Below, in pieces: positions 29,253 through 38,746 of a stretch of DNA of 64,000 nucleotides. Numbering within the stretch: the stretch's first letter is position 1; each line of letters opens with the position of its first letter. The position numbers were made by a program, and so were the translations under genes. This DNA comes from Minisyncoccota bacterium (GTDB lineage: Bacteria; Patescibacteriota; Minisyncoccia; Phycocordibacterales; UBA9973). Where the stretch lies: contig JBAZRK010000001.1 in assembly GCA_041663005.1 (NCBI GenBank), positions 157,360 to 221,359 on the forward strand, read 5' to 3'. The notes under the pieces are model-generated. The model was not told the DNA's origin and did not search any database. It was given only the letters and a program-made list of their open reading frames with translations.

Positions 29253-30389
29253 ATGGCAACAACTCTTCCGCTTTCATATATAGAACTATCTCAGAAAAAT
29301 CTGGTTCACAACGTAGAGCAGTTTAGAAAATTTTTAAAGAAAGGTACAAAAATTGCTGCGGTAGTAAAAGGAAATGCTTATGGGCACGGGCAAAACGAAG
29401 TAGCTAAGATTTTGGAACCCTACATAGATTACTTCCAAGTTGATGATATTGAGGAACTAAATACGTTACGAAAAATAAGCAGAAAAAGGACACTAGTTTT
29501 TGGATACGTACAAAAACATGATTTAAGACGAGCAAACAAACTCGGCTGTATCTTGTCAGTTTTCTCTATAGAGGAGTTGTTAAACGTCTCTGCTGTGGCA
29601 GAAAACTTAAGAAGAGTTCAAGAGATACATCTACCTATAGACGCACACCTTGGACGAGAAGGTTTTCTGTTGAAAGATTTACCACAAGTTTTAATGCAAA
29701 TTAAAAAGTTAAACTACATCAAACTTACTGGAATATATGCGCATTTTGCAAATATTGAAGACACGACGGATTTCTCTCATGCGCAAAAGCAAATAAACGA
29801 ATACAAAAAGGCCGTTAAGTTGGCAGAACATTACGGCTTCAGGAATTTACAAACTCATATCTCAGCTACGTCGGGGATTTTAGCTTATGAAAAATCTAAA
29901 GGGATTCATCCTATTGTACGCTTAGGAATTGGCCTGTACGGAATGTGGCCATCGGAAAATTTAGAGAAAATGTATAAACGCAAGCTTAAATTAAGACCTG
30001 TTTTAACTTGGAAAACTAAAGTTGCAGAGATAAAAACCTTACCAAAAGGGAGCACTATTGGCTATGGGCTTACTTATAAAACCAAAAAAGTGACTAAGAT
30101 AGCGCTCATTCCACAAGGGTATTCGGATGGAATAAATCGCAAACTTTCTAACTTAGGGCATGTTTTAATAAAAGGTACGAGATGTAAAATTCTAGGAAGA
30201 GTGATGATGAATATGTTTTCAGTAGATGTTTCTCATATACACAATGTAAAGATAGAAGATGAAGTTGTAATTTTAGGTAGGCAACGGAAAGAAGAAATTA
30301 CTGCCGAAGAGATTGCTGAAAAACTCGATACTATAAATTATGAAATAGGGACCAAAATAAGTCCTATTTTACCAAGAGTTATTATTTAG
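29253..30389 (+). CDS. alr: Alanine racemase
   Basis: PLP-lysine motif AVVKGNAYGHG. Immediately downstream of ddl. Confidence 0.85.
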   Translation: MATTLPLSYIELSQKNLVHNVEQFRKFLKKGTKIAAVVKGNAYGHGQNEVAKILEPYIDYFQVDDIEELNTLRKISRKRTLVFGYVQKHDLRRANKLGCILSVFSIEELLNVSAVAENLRRVQEIHLPIDAHLGREGFLLKDLPQVLMQIKKLNYIKLTGIYAHFANIEDTTDFSHAQKQINEYKKAVKLAEHYGFRNLQTHISATSGILAYEKSKGIHPIVRLGIGLYGMWPSENLEKMYKRKLKLRPVLTWKTKVAEIKTLPKGSTIGYGLTYKTKKVTKIALIPQGYSDGINRKLSNLGHVLIKGTRCKILGRVMMNMFSVDVSHIHNVKIEDEVVILGRQRKEEITAEEIAEKLDTINYEIGTKISPILPRVII

Positions 30390-30431
30390 CTAACTGTTGC
30401 GTTTTTGGGGAATTTATATTAATATATCGCT

Positions 30432-30590
30432 ATGTCACAAGATAGACTTATAAAACTTGGCTGCGGGACTTGCAAGCGCATAAACTACTGGTCTAGCAAG
30501 AACAAAAAGCTGGTAACCAAGAAAATTGAGCTTTTGAAATACTGCAAATGGTGCAAGAAAAAGACCAAGCATAAAGAGGTTAAAAAGTAG
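30432..30590 (+). CDS. rpmG: 50S ribosomal protein L33 (zinc-ribbon type); absent from the ORF track because it is under 60 aa
   Basis: Translation MSQDRLIKLGCGTCKRINYWSSKNKKLVTKKIELLKYCKWCKKKTKHKEVKK matches L33 CxxC...CxxC architecture. Confidence 0.8.
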   Translation: MSQDRLIKLGCGTCKRINYWSSKNKKLVTKKIELLKYCKWCKKKTKHKEVKK

Positions 30591-30654
30591 ATTTTAAAGC
30601 TTAAATTTGCTAAACTAAAGACGGCTTAGGGTCGTTTTTTAGTTTATAATATAA

Positions 30655-30725
30655 GGGCGATTAGTTTAGTGGTAGAACAGCGGTCTCCAAAACCGCTGGC
30701 GGGGGTTCGATTCCCTCATCGCCCG
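30655..30725 (+). tRNA. tRNA-Trp (anticodon CCA)
   Basis: Acceptor gggcgat/atcgccc, anticodon loop ctCCAaa, T-loop TTCGATT. Confidence 0.85.
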
Positions 30726-30763
30726 CAGTAGCCGATAAGCATCACTATTCTCACGACATATTT

Positions 30764-31273
30764 ATGAAAATTCTAAAAACAATTAAGGATATAGATTTTG
30801 GCTTTGAAGACTCGACTCCCCAAGTTTATATTGAGCGAGAAACTGCCCGCGGTATAATTTTTGACGATTCTAATAACGTAGCGCTTCTTTATTCTATAAA
30901 AAAAGACTACTACACTCTTCCTGGAGGAGGCATCGAGGAAGGAGAAAGTGTGATACAAGCATTACATCGGGAAATGATTGAGGAAATCGGTTGCAAAATT
31001 ACGGATATTAAAGAGGTCGGAAGCGTCGAAGAATATCGAAACAACGAAGCCTTGCATCAGATTTCCCACTGCTTTATTGCCAGATTGGCTGGTGACAAAG
31101 GAGAACCGCAACCCACTGAGGAAGAAATCCTGGAAGATTTCAACCCGGTATGGATGCCCATCGATGAAGCAATTAAAAAAATTGGAAGTAAAGAAAATGA
31201 AGGGTTTCGAAGAGGCAAATATATGGTGGCACGAAATCTAGTTTTTTTAAACGAAGCAAAAAAATATTTATGA
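30764..31273 (+). CDS. NUDIX hydrolase
   Basis: Nudix box GGIEEGESVIQALHREMIEEIG. Confidence 0.85.
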   Translation: MKILKTIKDIDFGFEDSTPQVYIERETARGIIFDDSNNVALLYSIKKDYYTLPGGGIEEGESVIQALHREMIEEIGCKITDIKEVGSVEEYRNNEALHQISHCFIARLAGDKGEPQPTEEEILEDFNPVWMPIDEAIKKIGSKENEGFRRGKYMVARNLVFLNEAKKYL

Positions 31274-31659
31274 GAGAATTCGTAGAAGACTCACAAATAG
31301 TGGAAAAGAAGCTAAAAAAAGATTACCTCAAGAATTTTATTGTCCTTAAATATTCCTGGTTGGAGGAAACCCCGGCAGAAATTGCAGATGGTCTGCTTGG
31401 TAACTCACGAGCTTCGCTTTCTAAATATACGCCACAGTTTTTCGAGAAAGTTAAAGAGGGCGCGCTTCGAGGTGTTCTTGCTTTGGTAAAAATGAAAATA
31501 ATTAAAAACCCTGAAATAGAGAAACAGTGTGAGGAATTCATGCAGTTTGTTGAAGAGCTAAAGCGCGAGAAATTTTCGAAGAAAGAACTCGCCAGTCGTG
31601 AGGACATAGACAAGGCCAATAAATTTCTAGATCTCGCTATTGCACAATTAGAGAAATAA
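31270..31659 (+). CDS. Hypothetical protein (129 aa, helical)
   Basis: ATGA overlap with the NUDIX gene. No recognisable motif. Confidence 0.45.
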   Translation: MREFVEDSQIVEKKLKKDYLKNFIVLKYSWLEETPAEIADGLLGNSRASLSKYTPQFFEKVKEGALRGVLALVKMKIIKNPEIEKQCEEFMQFVEELKREKFSKKELASREDIDKANKFLDLAIAQLEK

Positions 31660-31998
31660 TCATTTCTTTTCGAAAGTTTGGAGAATGAAGTTGACCATGG
31701 CGAGGACTATGCCGAATACAAATGCCCACCAGAAGTTGACTATGGTAAATCCGGGCACTATGTAGCTTGCGAGGAGTACCAAGAGGGCATTAATCACGAG
31801 AGCGAAGAGCCCGAAGGTAAGGATAGTGAGTGGCAGAGTTAAGAGAATCAGAATCGGGCGAATAACGGTATTAATTGCGCCCAAAATTACAGCCAGAACA
31901 AAGGCTGCCCAGAATCCGCTTACAAATACACCAGGAAGAATGTAGGCGGTAATTAAGATTGCTAAAGTTGAGATTAAAAAGTGAATGATTGTTTTCAT
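31660..31998 (-). CDS. Small 4-TM membrane protein of the YvlD / phage-holin-4-like family
   Basis: 112 aa, four hydrophobic helices, GxW and PG motifs resembling Phage_holin_4_2-type proteins. Confidence 0.45.
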   Translation of the reverse strand: MKTIIHFLISTLAILITAYILPGVFVSGFWAAFVLAVILGAINTVIRPILILLTLPLTILTFGLFALVINALLVLLASYIVPGFTIVNFWWAFVFGIVLAMVNFILQTFEKK

Positions 31999-32024
31999 AA
32001 TCTTTTTATTATAACATAGTTTCT

Positions 32025-32699
32025 ATGGAAAAAAATTACAAATACCTGGGGGTGATAAGCGTATTCTTTGTTTCGGTTTTACTGATTTCGAACGTAGCGT
32101 CGACTAAGATTGTAGATTTGAAATGGTTTGTTTTCGACGGCGGGACGCTTCTTTTCCCCTTGTCTTACATTTTCGGCGACATACTGACCGAGGTATATGG
32201 TTACAAGAATTCTCGCAAGGTCATCTGGCTTGGATTCTTTATGGCCCTCTTGATGTCTTTGGTGTTCATAGTTGTCGGCAAATTACCGCCTGCGGCTGAT
32301 TGGACCAACCAGGAGGCATACGATAAAATCTTGGGCCTGACGCCAAGGATTGTGGCCGCAAGTCTGGTGGCGTATTTCTGTGGCTCATTCTCCAATTCGT
32401 TTATTATGGCAAAAATGAAAATCAGAACGGCAGGTGCGCGCTTGTGGGCCAGGACCATAGGATCAACTGTTGTCGGAGAGTTTGTAGACAGCGCCCTCTT
32501 TATCTTGATTGCATTTCTTGGAATACTGCCTTTGCCGCTACTTATAACTCTCATAATCTCTAACTATGTGTTCAAAACGGTGGTGGAGATATTGTTTACA
32601 CCCGTAACATATAAAGTTGTTTCTTTCTTGAAGCGCAAAGAAGGGGAGGACTACTACGACCGAGACACAAACTTCAACCCATTTAAATTAGAAGAGTAA
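32025..32699 (+). CDS. yhhQ: Queuosine precursor transporter (YhhQ/DUF165 family)
   Basis: FDGGTLLFPLSYIFGDILTEVYGY signature of the YhhQ/VUT family. Multi-TM. Confidence 0.75.
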   Translation: MEKNYKYLGVISVFFVSVLLISNVASTKIVDLKWFVFDGGTLLFPLSYIFGDILTEVYGYKNSRKVIWLGFFMALLMSLVFIVVGKLPPAADWTNQEAYDKILGLTPRIVAASLVAYFCGSFSNSFIMAKMKIRTAGARLWARTIGSTVVGEFVDSALFILIAFLGILPLPLLITLIISNYVFKTVVEILFTPVTYKVVSFLKRKEGEDYYDRDTNFNPFKLEE

Positions 32700-33524
32700 T
32701 TTCGGGTCAATTTCCTTCGAGGCATCGAGCCATTTTATTCGTTTGTCTCTTTTAAACCAGGTCATCTGACGTCTGGCATATTTAATATTTTCCTGAACAA
32801 CTTTTTCTATGGTTGGCTCGTTGTATTCAAACCCGAATTCCCTAAGGCGTTTATTAGAGACGCCGGACTTTTTAAGTTTAGTTATCTCATCTAAAAGACC
32901 ACTAGCAAACATTTTCTTCATTCGTTTTTCGATTCTAAGCCTTAGCTTGTCGGGCGGGAGATATAAACCGATTTTAATAAACTTGTATGGGGGCGGTTTA
33001 GTTCTCAGAACTGGCACTTTGCCAAGATATTTCGCAACCTCGATGGCTCTAATTATTCTCACTTTATTTTTCACATCAATGCTTTTAGCTCGCTTCGGGT
33101 CAATTTTATTAAGTAGATTAAATAAAGTTTCGAGAGATTTTCCTTCGAGTAATTTCCTGAGAGCTTTGTTCGGTGGTACTTCTGGAAAAATCGTGCCTAG
33201 GGTTATGGCGTCAACGTAGAATCCGGTACCACCACATACAATAGGCGTCTTGCCCCTTTCAATGATGTCCTTGATAGCCACAAGGGCGAGTTTCTGATAC
33301 TCCGCAACACTAAAGCGGCGTTTCGGGCTTACGATATCAAGTAGGTGGTGAGGAACACCACGCATTTCTTTTTTAGTAATTTTGCCGCTGCCGATATCTA
33401 AACCTTCGTAAATTTGTCTTGAGTCGGCGGAAACAATTTCGCCATTTATTTCCTTGGCAAGCGAAACTGCCAGGGCGCTTTTACCCGTAGCAGTTTGTCC
33501 TAGGATGACGTAAACTTTTTTCAT
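32688..33524 (-). CDS. miaA: tRNA dimethylallyltransferase
   Basis: P-loop GQTATGKS, DSRQIYEGLDIGSGK. Confidence 0.9.
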   Translation of the reverse strand: MKKVYVILGQTATGKSALAVSLAKEINGEIVSADSRQIYEGLDIGSGKITKKEMRGVPHHLLDIVSPKRRFSVAEYQKLALVAIKDIIERGKTPIVCGGTGFYVDAITLGTIFPEVPPNKALRKLLEGKSLETLFNLLNKIDPKRAKSIDVKNKVRIIRAIEVAKYLGKVPVLRTKPPPYKFIKIGLYLPPDKLRLRIEKRMKKMFASGLLDEITKLKKSGVSNKRLREFGFEYNEPTIEKVVQENIKYARRQMTWFKRDKRIKWLDASKEIDPKLLF

Positions 33525-33525
33525 T

Positions 33526-35052
33526 TTATTTTAGAATTTTAATATCGGCGCCAATCGAATTTAACCTTCGAGCGATATCTTCATAGCCTCGGCTAATCAT
33601 ATAAACATTTCGCAAGATGGAAGTGCCTTCCGCGGCGAGCATTGCAATGAGGATTACCATCGAAGGGCGGAGAGCCGGAGGGCAGACGACTTGTGCAGCG
33701 CGGAGCTTCGTCCCGCCGTTTATGTATACTCGATGAGGGTCAGCGAGGGATATGTCTGCGCCCAGGCGGTTCAACTCGGTGAAATATATGGCGCGGTTTT
33801 CGTAAACCCAGTCGTGAATCATAGTTTGCCCGCGAGCTTTGATGGCAATAGGCACGAAGAAAGGTAAGTTATCTATGTTTATGCCCGGGTAAGGGTTTGA
33901 GTGGATTTTATCCTCAAGGGCTACTAAGTTACCTGGGAAAATTTCAATATCCGCCAACTTAGTACGTCCGTTGTAAGAGAAATATTTTTTCAAGATTTTA
34001 AATTTTAAATTCATTCGTCTCAATTTCTCAAGTTCCAGAGAAAGGAAATCAATAGGGCAGCGGGTCACTGTGAGCTTCGACTCGGTAATAATACAAGCGG
34101 AGATAAACATCATTGATTCTATCGGGTCCTCACTATTCCAGTATTCCACATCTTTATTTATTTCTTTGACGCCGTGCACGGTTAGGGTCGAAGTGCCGAT
34201 ACCGTCAATTTTAACCCCAAGGGCTTCTAAGAAGAAACAAATTTCCTGGACCATATAATTCGCACTGGCAAAAGAAATTGTCGAAGTTCCCTCGATTAGA
34301 GCCGCAGCAGTTAGAGCATTCTCGCAAGCAGTATCGCCTGACTCGTACATAACTATCTCCACGCTTTTTAATTTAAGGGCAGCAATCTCATACCGGGAAG
34401 TTGTTGTTTTTATTTTCACGCCGAATTTTTCCAAAGCATACGTATGCGCGGCAATCGTACGACGTCCTAGGCGGCAGCCCTGCGCGTGGGGAAGTGAGAA
34501 GGATTTTAAGTAATGAATAATAGGCCCCATTAACATAACGATAGATCGAGTTTTAATCGCAGACTCGACATTAATGTCCTCGAGTTTAAATTTCTTCGGC
34601 GGCACAATCTTAACCGAGTTAGGACCAATCCAGCTTACCTTTACCCCGATACTTTGAAGTATTTCGATGACTCTATAAGTTTCCTCAATGCGAGCCATGC
34701 CATGGAGAGTAGTGATGCCCTTGTTAAGCAGGGAAGCGCAAAGAAGCCCAACAGAACCATTCTTCGAGAAATTGGTTTTGATGCTGCCGTGCAGTTTCTT
34801 GCTCCCGACTACTTCAAAGTCGATTGAATCACTGATGGAGATTATGCGATGTTCAAGTACCTCACTGATTTTCATCAGAAGTTCTGTCGAGAAATTTTGC
34901 TCTCCTTTTTCCATTCTAGCCACTGCACTTTGGGAAGTGGAAAGCGCCTTCGCGAAATCGCCTTGAGTGAAACCTTTCTGCTCTCTTAGGTTCTTAATGA
35001 AGGCACCTATTTGCTTCGGCTGGGTATTTTTCATCTCAAAAGAATATATCAT
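33526..35052 (-). CDS. murA: UDP-N-acetylglucosamine 1-carboxyvinyltransferase (MurA) with N-terminal XRE-type HTH domain (fusion)
   Basis: Residues ~10-68 form a canonical XRE HTH (GFTQGDFAKALSTSQSAVARMEKG). Continuous frame into MurA KLHGSIKTNFSKNGSVGLL, active-site Cys in QGCRLGRRT, EPSP-synthase fold to the C-terminus. Confidence 0.8.
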   Translation of the reverse strand: MIYSFEMKNTQPKQIGAFIKNLREQKGFTQGDFAKALSTSQSAVARMEKGEQNFSTELLMKISEVLEHRIISISDSIDFEVVGSKKLHGSIKTNFSKNGSVGLLCASLLNKGITTLHGMARIEETYRVIEILQSIGVKVSWIGPNSVKIVPPKKFKLEDINVESAIKTRSIVMLMGPIIHYLKSFSLPHAQGCRLGRRTIAAHTYALEKFGVKIKTTTSRYEIAALKLKSVEIVMYESGDTACENALTAAALIEGTSTISFASANYMVQEICFFLEALGVKIDGIGTSTLTVHGVKEINKDVEYWNSEDPIESMMFISACIITESKLTVTRCPIDFLSLELEKLRRMNLKFKILKKYFSYNGRTKLADIEIFPGNLVALEDKIHSNPYPGINIDNLPFFVPIAIKARGQTMIHDWVYENRAIYFTELNRLGADISLADPHRVYINGGTKLRAAQVVCPPALRPSMVILIAMLAAEGTSILRNVYMISRGYEDIARRLNSIGADIKILK

Positions 35053-35083
35053 ATATGATATATTGTAAAGAGGCGCTCTTGTG

Positions 35084-35170
35084 GATAACTCCTGGTGCCC
35101 GGGGAGAGAATCGAACTCTCATGATGTTGCCATCAATAGATTTTGAGTCTATCGCGTCTACCAATTCCGC
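35084..35170 (-). tRNA. tRNA-Leu (anticodon CAA), CCA encoded
   Basis: Minus-strand sequence GCCCGGGTGGCGGAATTGGTAGACGC...CTCAAAA...long variable arm...GGTTCGATTCTCTCCCCGGGCACCA. Confidence 0.85.
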
Positions 35171-35267
35171 CACCCGGGCAGCTCTCACATTCTACACAAA
35201 GTATGCACCAAAATCAATTTGGAGATACGTATCCTAAATGTTATATTTATAGTATTCATTTAACTTA

Positions 35268-36053
35268 ATGACCAAAATAATTATTCCGAAAAAACCGAAT
35301 TTAGTTATAATTCACTCCTTCCCCACCAACAGTGTAATTCTCAAGGGGTTTTACGATTTCTTGTCAGAGTTTTTCAATGTTTATCCTATAGACCTTCCTG
35401 GATTTTTAAAAAAGATTAAGCCCCTGAAGACTATAAATTTTTCAAATTATGCACGTTATGTTGAACGAGAAATCAAAAAATTAGATTTGGAAAATTATTG
35501 GATTGGTGGAGTGTCCTTCGGGTTCGCTGTGGTTAATTTGATTAAAGACCATAAAAAGTGTAGGGGAGTTTTCGCTATTGAGCCATATTTAGGGAGTGAA
35601 AACCTGAACATTCCTCTATATAAAAGACTTCTATTCCTCTTGATAATTAGAACTGTAGGGGCCTTCAATGCATTTTATAAAGTTTGGCATAGCGCTTTTA
35701 TCCAGCAATACCTACTATTTGGCAGTAGCGCTAGGTTCGATAAAAAAATCAAATCACTTCTTGATGAGATGGACGCAAGGACCTTTTTTCAGACAGCCAA
35801 GCTCCTCTTGCACAATAGAGCTGTTGATTGTGTATTTTTACCAAGGCCATATGTATTGGTAATAAACAAGGAAGACGGTTCTATTCGTGCCGACAAGATT
35901 ATCAGTCGTTTTGCAAACGAAGTCGATGACCTGGTAATAATTCATACTTCTGCGGAGCATTATCCGAAAACTATAACAGAAGAATATTTCAGGAAGAGAA
36001 TTAAGCCCGAAGAAGTCACTAAAATTTTAGATTTCGTAAATAAATTTCAATAA
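35268..36053 (+). CDS. Alpha/beta-hydrolase fold protein
   Basis: Nucleophile elbow GGVSFG and C-terminal His (IIHTSAEH). Confidence 0.55.
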   Translation: MTKIIIPKKPNLVIIHSFPTNSVILKGFYDFLSEFFNVYPIDLPGFLKKIKPLKTINFSNYARYVEREIKKLDLENYWIGGVSFGFAVVNLIKDHKKCRGVFAIEPYLGSENLNIPLYKRLLFLLIIRTVGAFNAFYKVWHSAFIQQYLLFGSSARFDKKIKSLLDEMDARTFFQTAKLLLHNRAVDCVFLPRPYVLVINKEDGSIRADKIISRFANEVDDLVIIHTSAEHYPKTITEEYFRKRIKPEEVTKILDFVNKFQ

Positions 36054-36430
36054 TGGAGAAAAGAATTGGTAAATTTGTTGTTACGGGAACCTTCGGCACA
36101 GTACTTGGAATGGGGCTCCTTTTGTTTTTCGTTGAAATTTTGGGTTTTTCGGTGATTTTTTCAAATTCCCTTTCTTACTGTTTTGTTTTTATTGTGAGCT
36201 TCCTTATTCATAAAATGTGGACCTTCGAAAGCAGGAATTCTAAATTCGGAAAACAATTTTTCACCTACCTTGTGGTTAGCTTAATTGGCTTAGCCATGAG
36301 CAACACACTATTATTTATCCTGATTAATCACGGAATCTGGTATATCTATGCTAAAATTATTGCCATTTTCATTATAGGTTTTTGGAGTTTTTCAATCAAT
36401 AATTTTTTCACCTTCAAACATAAATGGTAA
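36053..36430 (+). CDS. GtrA family membrane protein
   Basis: 125 aa, 4 TM, GtrA-like layout (KFVVTGTFGTVLG...HKMWTF). Confidence 0.7.
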   Translation: MEKRIGKFVVTGTFGTVLGMGLLLFFVEILGFSVIFSNSLSYCFVFIVSFLIHKMWTFESRNSKFGKQFFTYLVVSLIGLAMSNTLLFILINHGIWYIYAKIIAIFIIGFWSFSINNFFTFKHKW

Positions 36431-36468
36431 CGTTTTTCGAAATGATTTATGTATGTTAAGATAAGTTT

Positions 36469-37446
36469 ATGTCCAACGTTTATTCAAATTCAATATTTTG
36501 GATTGAAACCGAAAAAATCAAACCGAATCCCTACCAACCGAGGCGAGATTTCGACGAGCTAAGGCTGCAAGATTTGGCTGACTCCATCAAGCAATACGGC
36601 GTCCTACAGCCGCTCACTGTTTCGAGGGTTGAAGTTGAGAAAGAAGGTGGTGGTCTCACCACTGAGTATGAACTCATTGCCGGCGAGCGTAGGCTCCGCG
36701 CTGCGCGTCTCGCAGGGGTCGCTCAAGTGCCGGCAATAATCCGCACTGGCGATACCGCTATAATGAAACTTGAGCTCGCCATTATTGAGAATCTTCAGCG
36801 TGAAGATTTGAACGCCGTGGACAAAGCTCGAGCATTTGAGCGACTAGCGACAGAGTTTAAATTCTCACACGGCCAGATTGCTAAGAAGTTAGGTAAGAGC
36901 CGAGAGTCTGTTTCCAACACGCTTAGAATCTTATCTTTGCCTACGGAAATGCTCGACGCCATATCTCAAGGCAAGATGACTGAAGGACACTCCAGGCCAC
37001 TACTTATGCTCTCAGACCACACGGAAGAGCAAGGGGTTTTGTTTAAGGAAATAATTTATAAAAAAATCACAGTGCGCGAGGCCGAGAAGTTGGCTCGTAA
37101 AATAGCCTTTGATCGAGTTCGTAAGAAGGAGTTTATGCCTGATCCTGAAATAAGTGAACTAGAGGAAGAATTTCAAGACAAGCTTGGAACCAGAGTTCAC
37201 ATAGAGCGTAAGGAGCTTGGTGGCCAAATCAAAATTGATTTCTTCTCAACAGAGGATTTGCGCACTATTCTAGATCTAATACAGAGAGGAGAAGCCGACA
37301 AGACTCCTATCGACCTCCTAAATAAGCATATCGCCGGTATCGAGGCTGAAGCAACAGAAGCAGCGACACCCGTGGATGATCGCACCAAGGAGGAAAAACA
37401 ATCTGACGACACGGACCTATACAATATAACCAATTTCAGCGTCTAA
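36469..37446 (+). CDS. parB: ParB/Spo0J family partition protein
   Basis: ParB box ELIAGERRLRAARLAG, HTH, C-terminal dimerisation region. Confidence 0.85.
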   Translation: MSNVYSNSIFWIETEKIKPNPYQPRRDFDELRLQDLADSIKQYGVLQPLTVSRVEVEKEGGGLTTEYELIAGERRLRAARLAGVAQVPAIIRTGDTAIMKLELAIIENLQREDLNAVDKARAFERLATEFKFSHGQIAKKLGKSRESVSNTLRILSLPTEMLDAISQGKMTEGHSRPLLMLSDHTEEQGVLFKEIIYKKITVREAEKLARKIAFDRVRKKEFMPDPEISELEEEFQDKLGTRVHIERKELGGQIKIDFFSTEDLRTILDLIQRGEADKTPIDLLNKHIAGIEAEATEAATPVDDRTKEEKQSDDTDLYNITNFSV

Positions 37447-38735
37447 CTTTGCTTGAAAGATTTAAGTTTCGCGAGGAGCGTATTTTTCTCAAGGTAGGAC
37501 CTGATATGTTTTTTCGCTATTGTTGTTTTCACTGACGCGAGCCATTTTGTGCTTGGATGAGAATCTTTTTTCACTGAAATCTCGACAATATCCCCATTCT
37601 TAAGAGGAGAGAAAAGTGTAACCATCTTGCCGTTTACTTTAGCGCTGGCGGCGTGGTCACCGATGTCAGAGTGGATAGAGTACGCGAAGTCAATCGGCGT
37701 TGATTCCTCAGGCATATCTATAACATCGCCCCGCGGGGTAAATACGAAAATACGATCGTTGAAGAAATCCATTTTCAAGTGGTCGATAAACTTCTCTGGC
37801 CTATCCGGAGTGGCATCGTTGTATTCTTTCAGTTCATCAATCCACTTTAATTTATTTTTATTCTTCTCAACTTTCTTATCAAATGATTCTTTGTAAGTAG
37901 AGTGCGCTGCAATACCGTAAGCAGCCTCGGCGTGCATTTCTTGTGTGCGAATCTGAATTTCGGCTACACCGCCCAAACCTGTGAAGATGGTTGTATGAAT
38001 TGACCTATAGCCGTTTGGTTTCGGTACGGATATATAGTCTTTAATGCGTCCCGGCAAAGGGTTCCATATTGCATGAACCAGTCCGAGTACACGATAGCAA
38101 TCCTCAACAGTGTCTACAACTACTCGGAGGGCAACGATGTCATAGATTTTATCGATATCATGATCATATTTAAGAAGTTTCTTGTATAGGCTGTATTTAT
38201 GCTTAATACGATAGTCGATTTCGATAAATTTAGTTTTATTCTTTCGCAGTTCCTTCCTAAGTCGTTCGCTCACTTCCTCGAGATATTTACGATAAGGCTC
38301 TCGGCGTTCCTTAAGTATTTCATCTACCTCTTTATATTCCTTGGGGTAAGCATATGGAAAAGCTGCATCTTCTATCTCGCCCTTGAGTTTACCCATACCG
38401 AGACGGTTCGCGAGTGGGGCGTACACCTCGATAGACTCAAGCGCAATGCGCTGACGCTTGTCCTCGCGCACGTGTTCCAAAGTAGTTAAATTATGCAACC
38501 GGTCGGCAAATTTAATGATAACCACGCGCAGGTCTTGCGCCATGGCAATAAAAAATTTACGCAAACTCTCTACGTGCCGTTCCGCGCCGCGATATTTAAG
38601 GGTCCCTAGTTTCGTAACTCCTTTAACTAAAAACAAAATATCATCGCCAAAATTCTTTTTTATTTCGGCTTCCGGAACTTTGGTGTCTTCTAGTACATCA
38701 TGTAGAAAACCCGCAGCCACTGTGTGCGTGTCCAT
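37443..38735 (-). CDS. rel: RelA/SpoT-family (p)ppGpp synthetase/hydrolase, main reading frame; frame begins inside the HD domain
   Basis: HD motif FLHDVLEDT, synthetase-domain motifs (GYRSIHTTI), TGS-like C-terminus. N-terminal 55 aa are in another frame (next feature). Confidence 0.8.
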   Translation of the reverse strand: MDTHTVAAGFLHDVLEDTKVPEAEIKKNFGDDILFLVKGVTKLGTLKYRGAERHVESLRKFFIAMAQDLRVVIIKFADRLHNLTTLEHVREDKRQRIALESIEVYAPLANRLGMGKLKGEIEDAAFPYAYPKEYKEVDEILKERREPYRKYLEEVSERLRKELRKNKTKFIEIDYRIKHKYSLYKKLLKYDHDIDKIYDIVALRVVVDTVEDCYRVLGLVHAIWNPLPGRIKDYISVPKPNGYRSIHTTIFTGLGGVAEIQIRTQEMHAEAAYGIAAHSTYKESFDKKVEKNKNKLKWIDELKEYNDATPDRPEKFIDHLKMDFFNDRIFVFTPRGDVIDMPEESTPIDFAYSIHSDIGDHAASAKVNGKMVTLFSPLKNGDIVEISVKKDSHPSTKWLASVKTTIAKKHIRSYLEKNTLLAKLKSFKQS

Positions 38736-38746
38736 TCGAAGTTTGG

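Noticed and set aside
35055-35237. 60-aa plus-strand ORF
   Set aside because: It lies entirely over the minus-strand tRNA-Leu(CAA) gene, so it is spurious.
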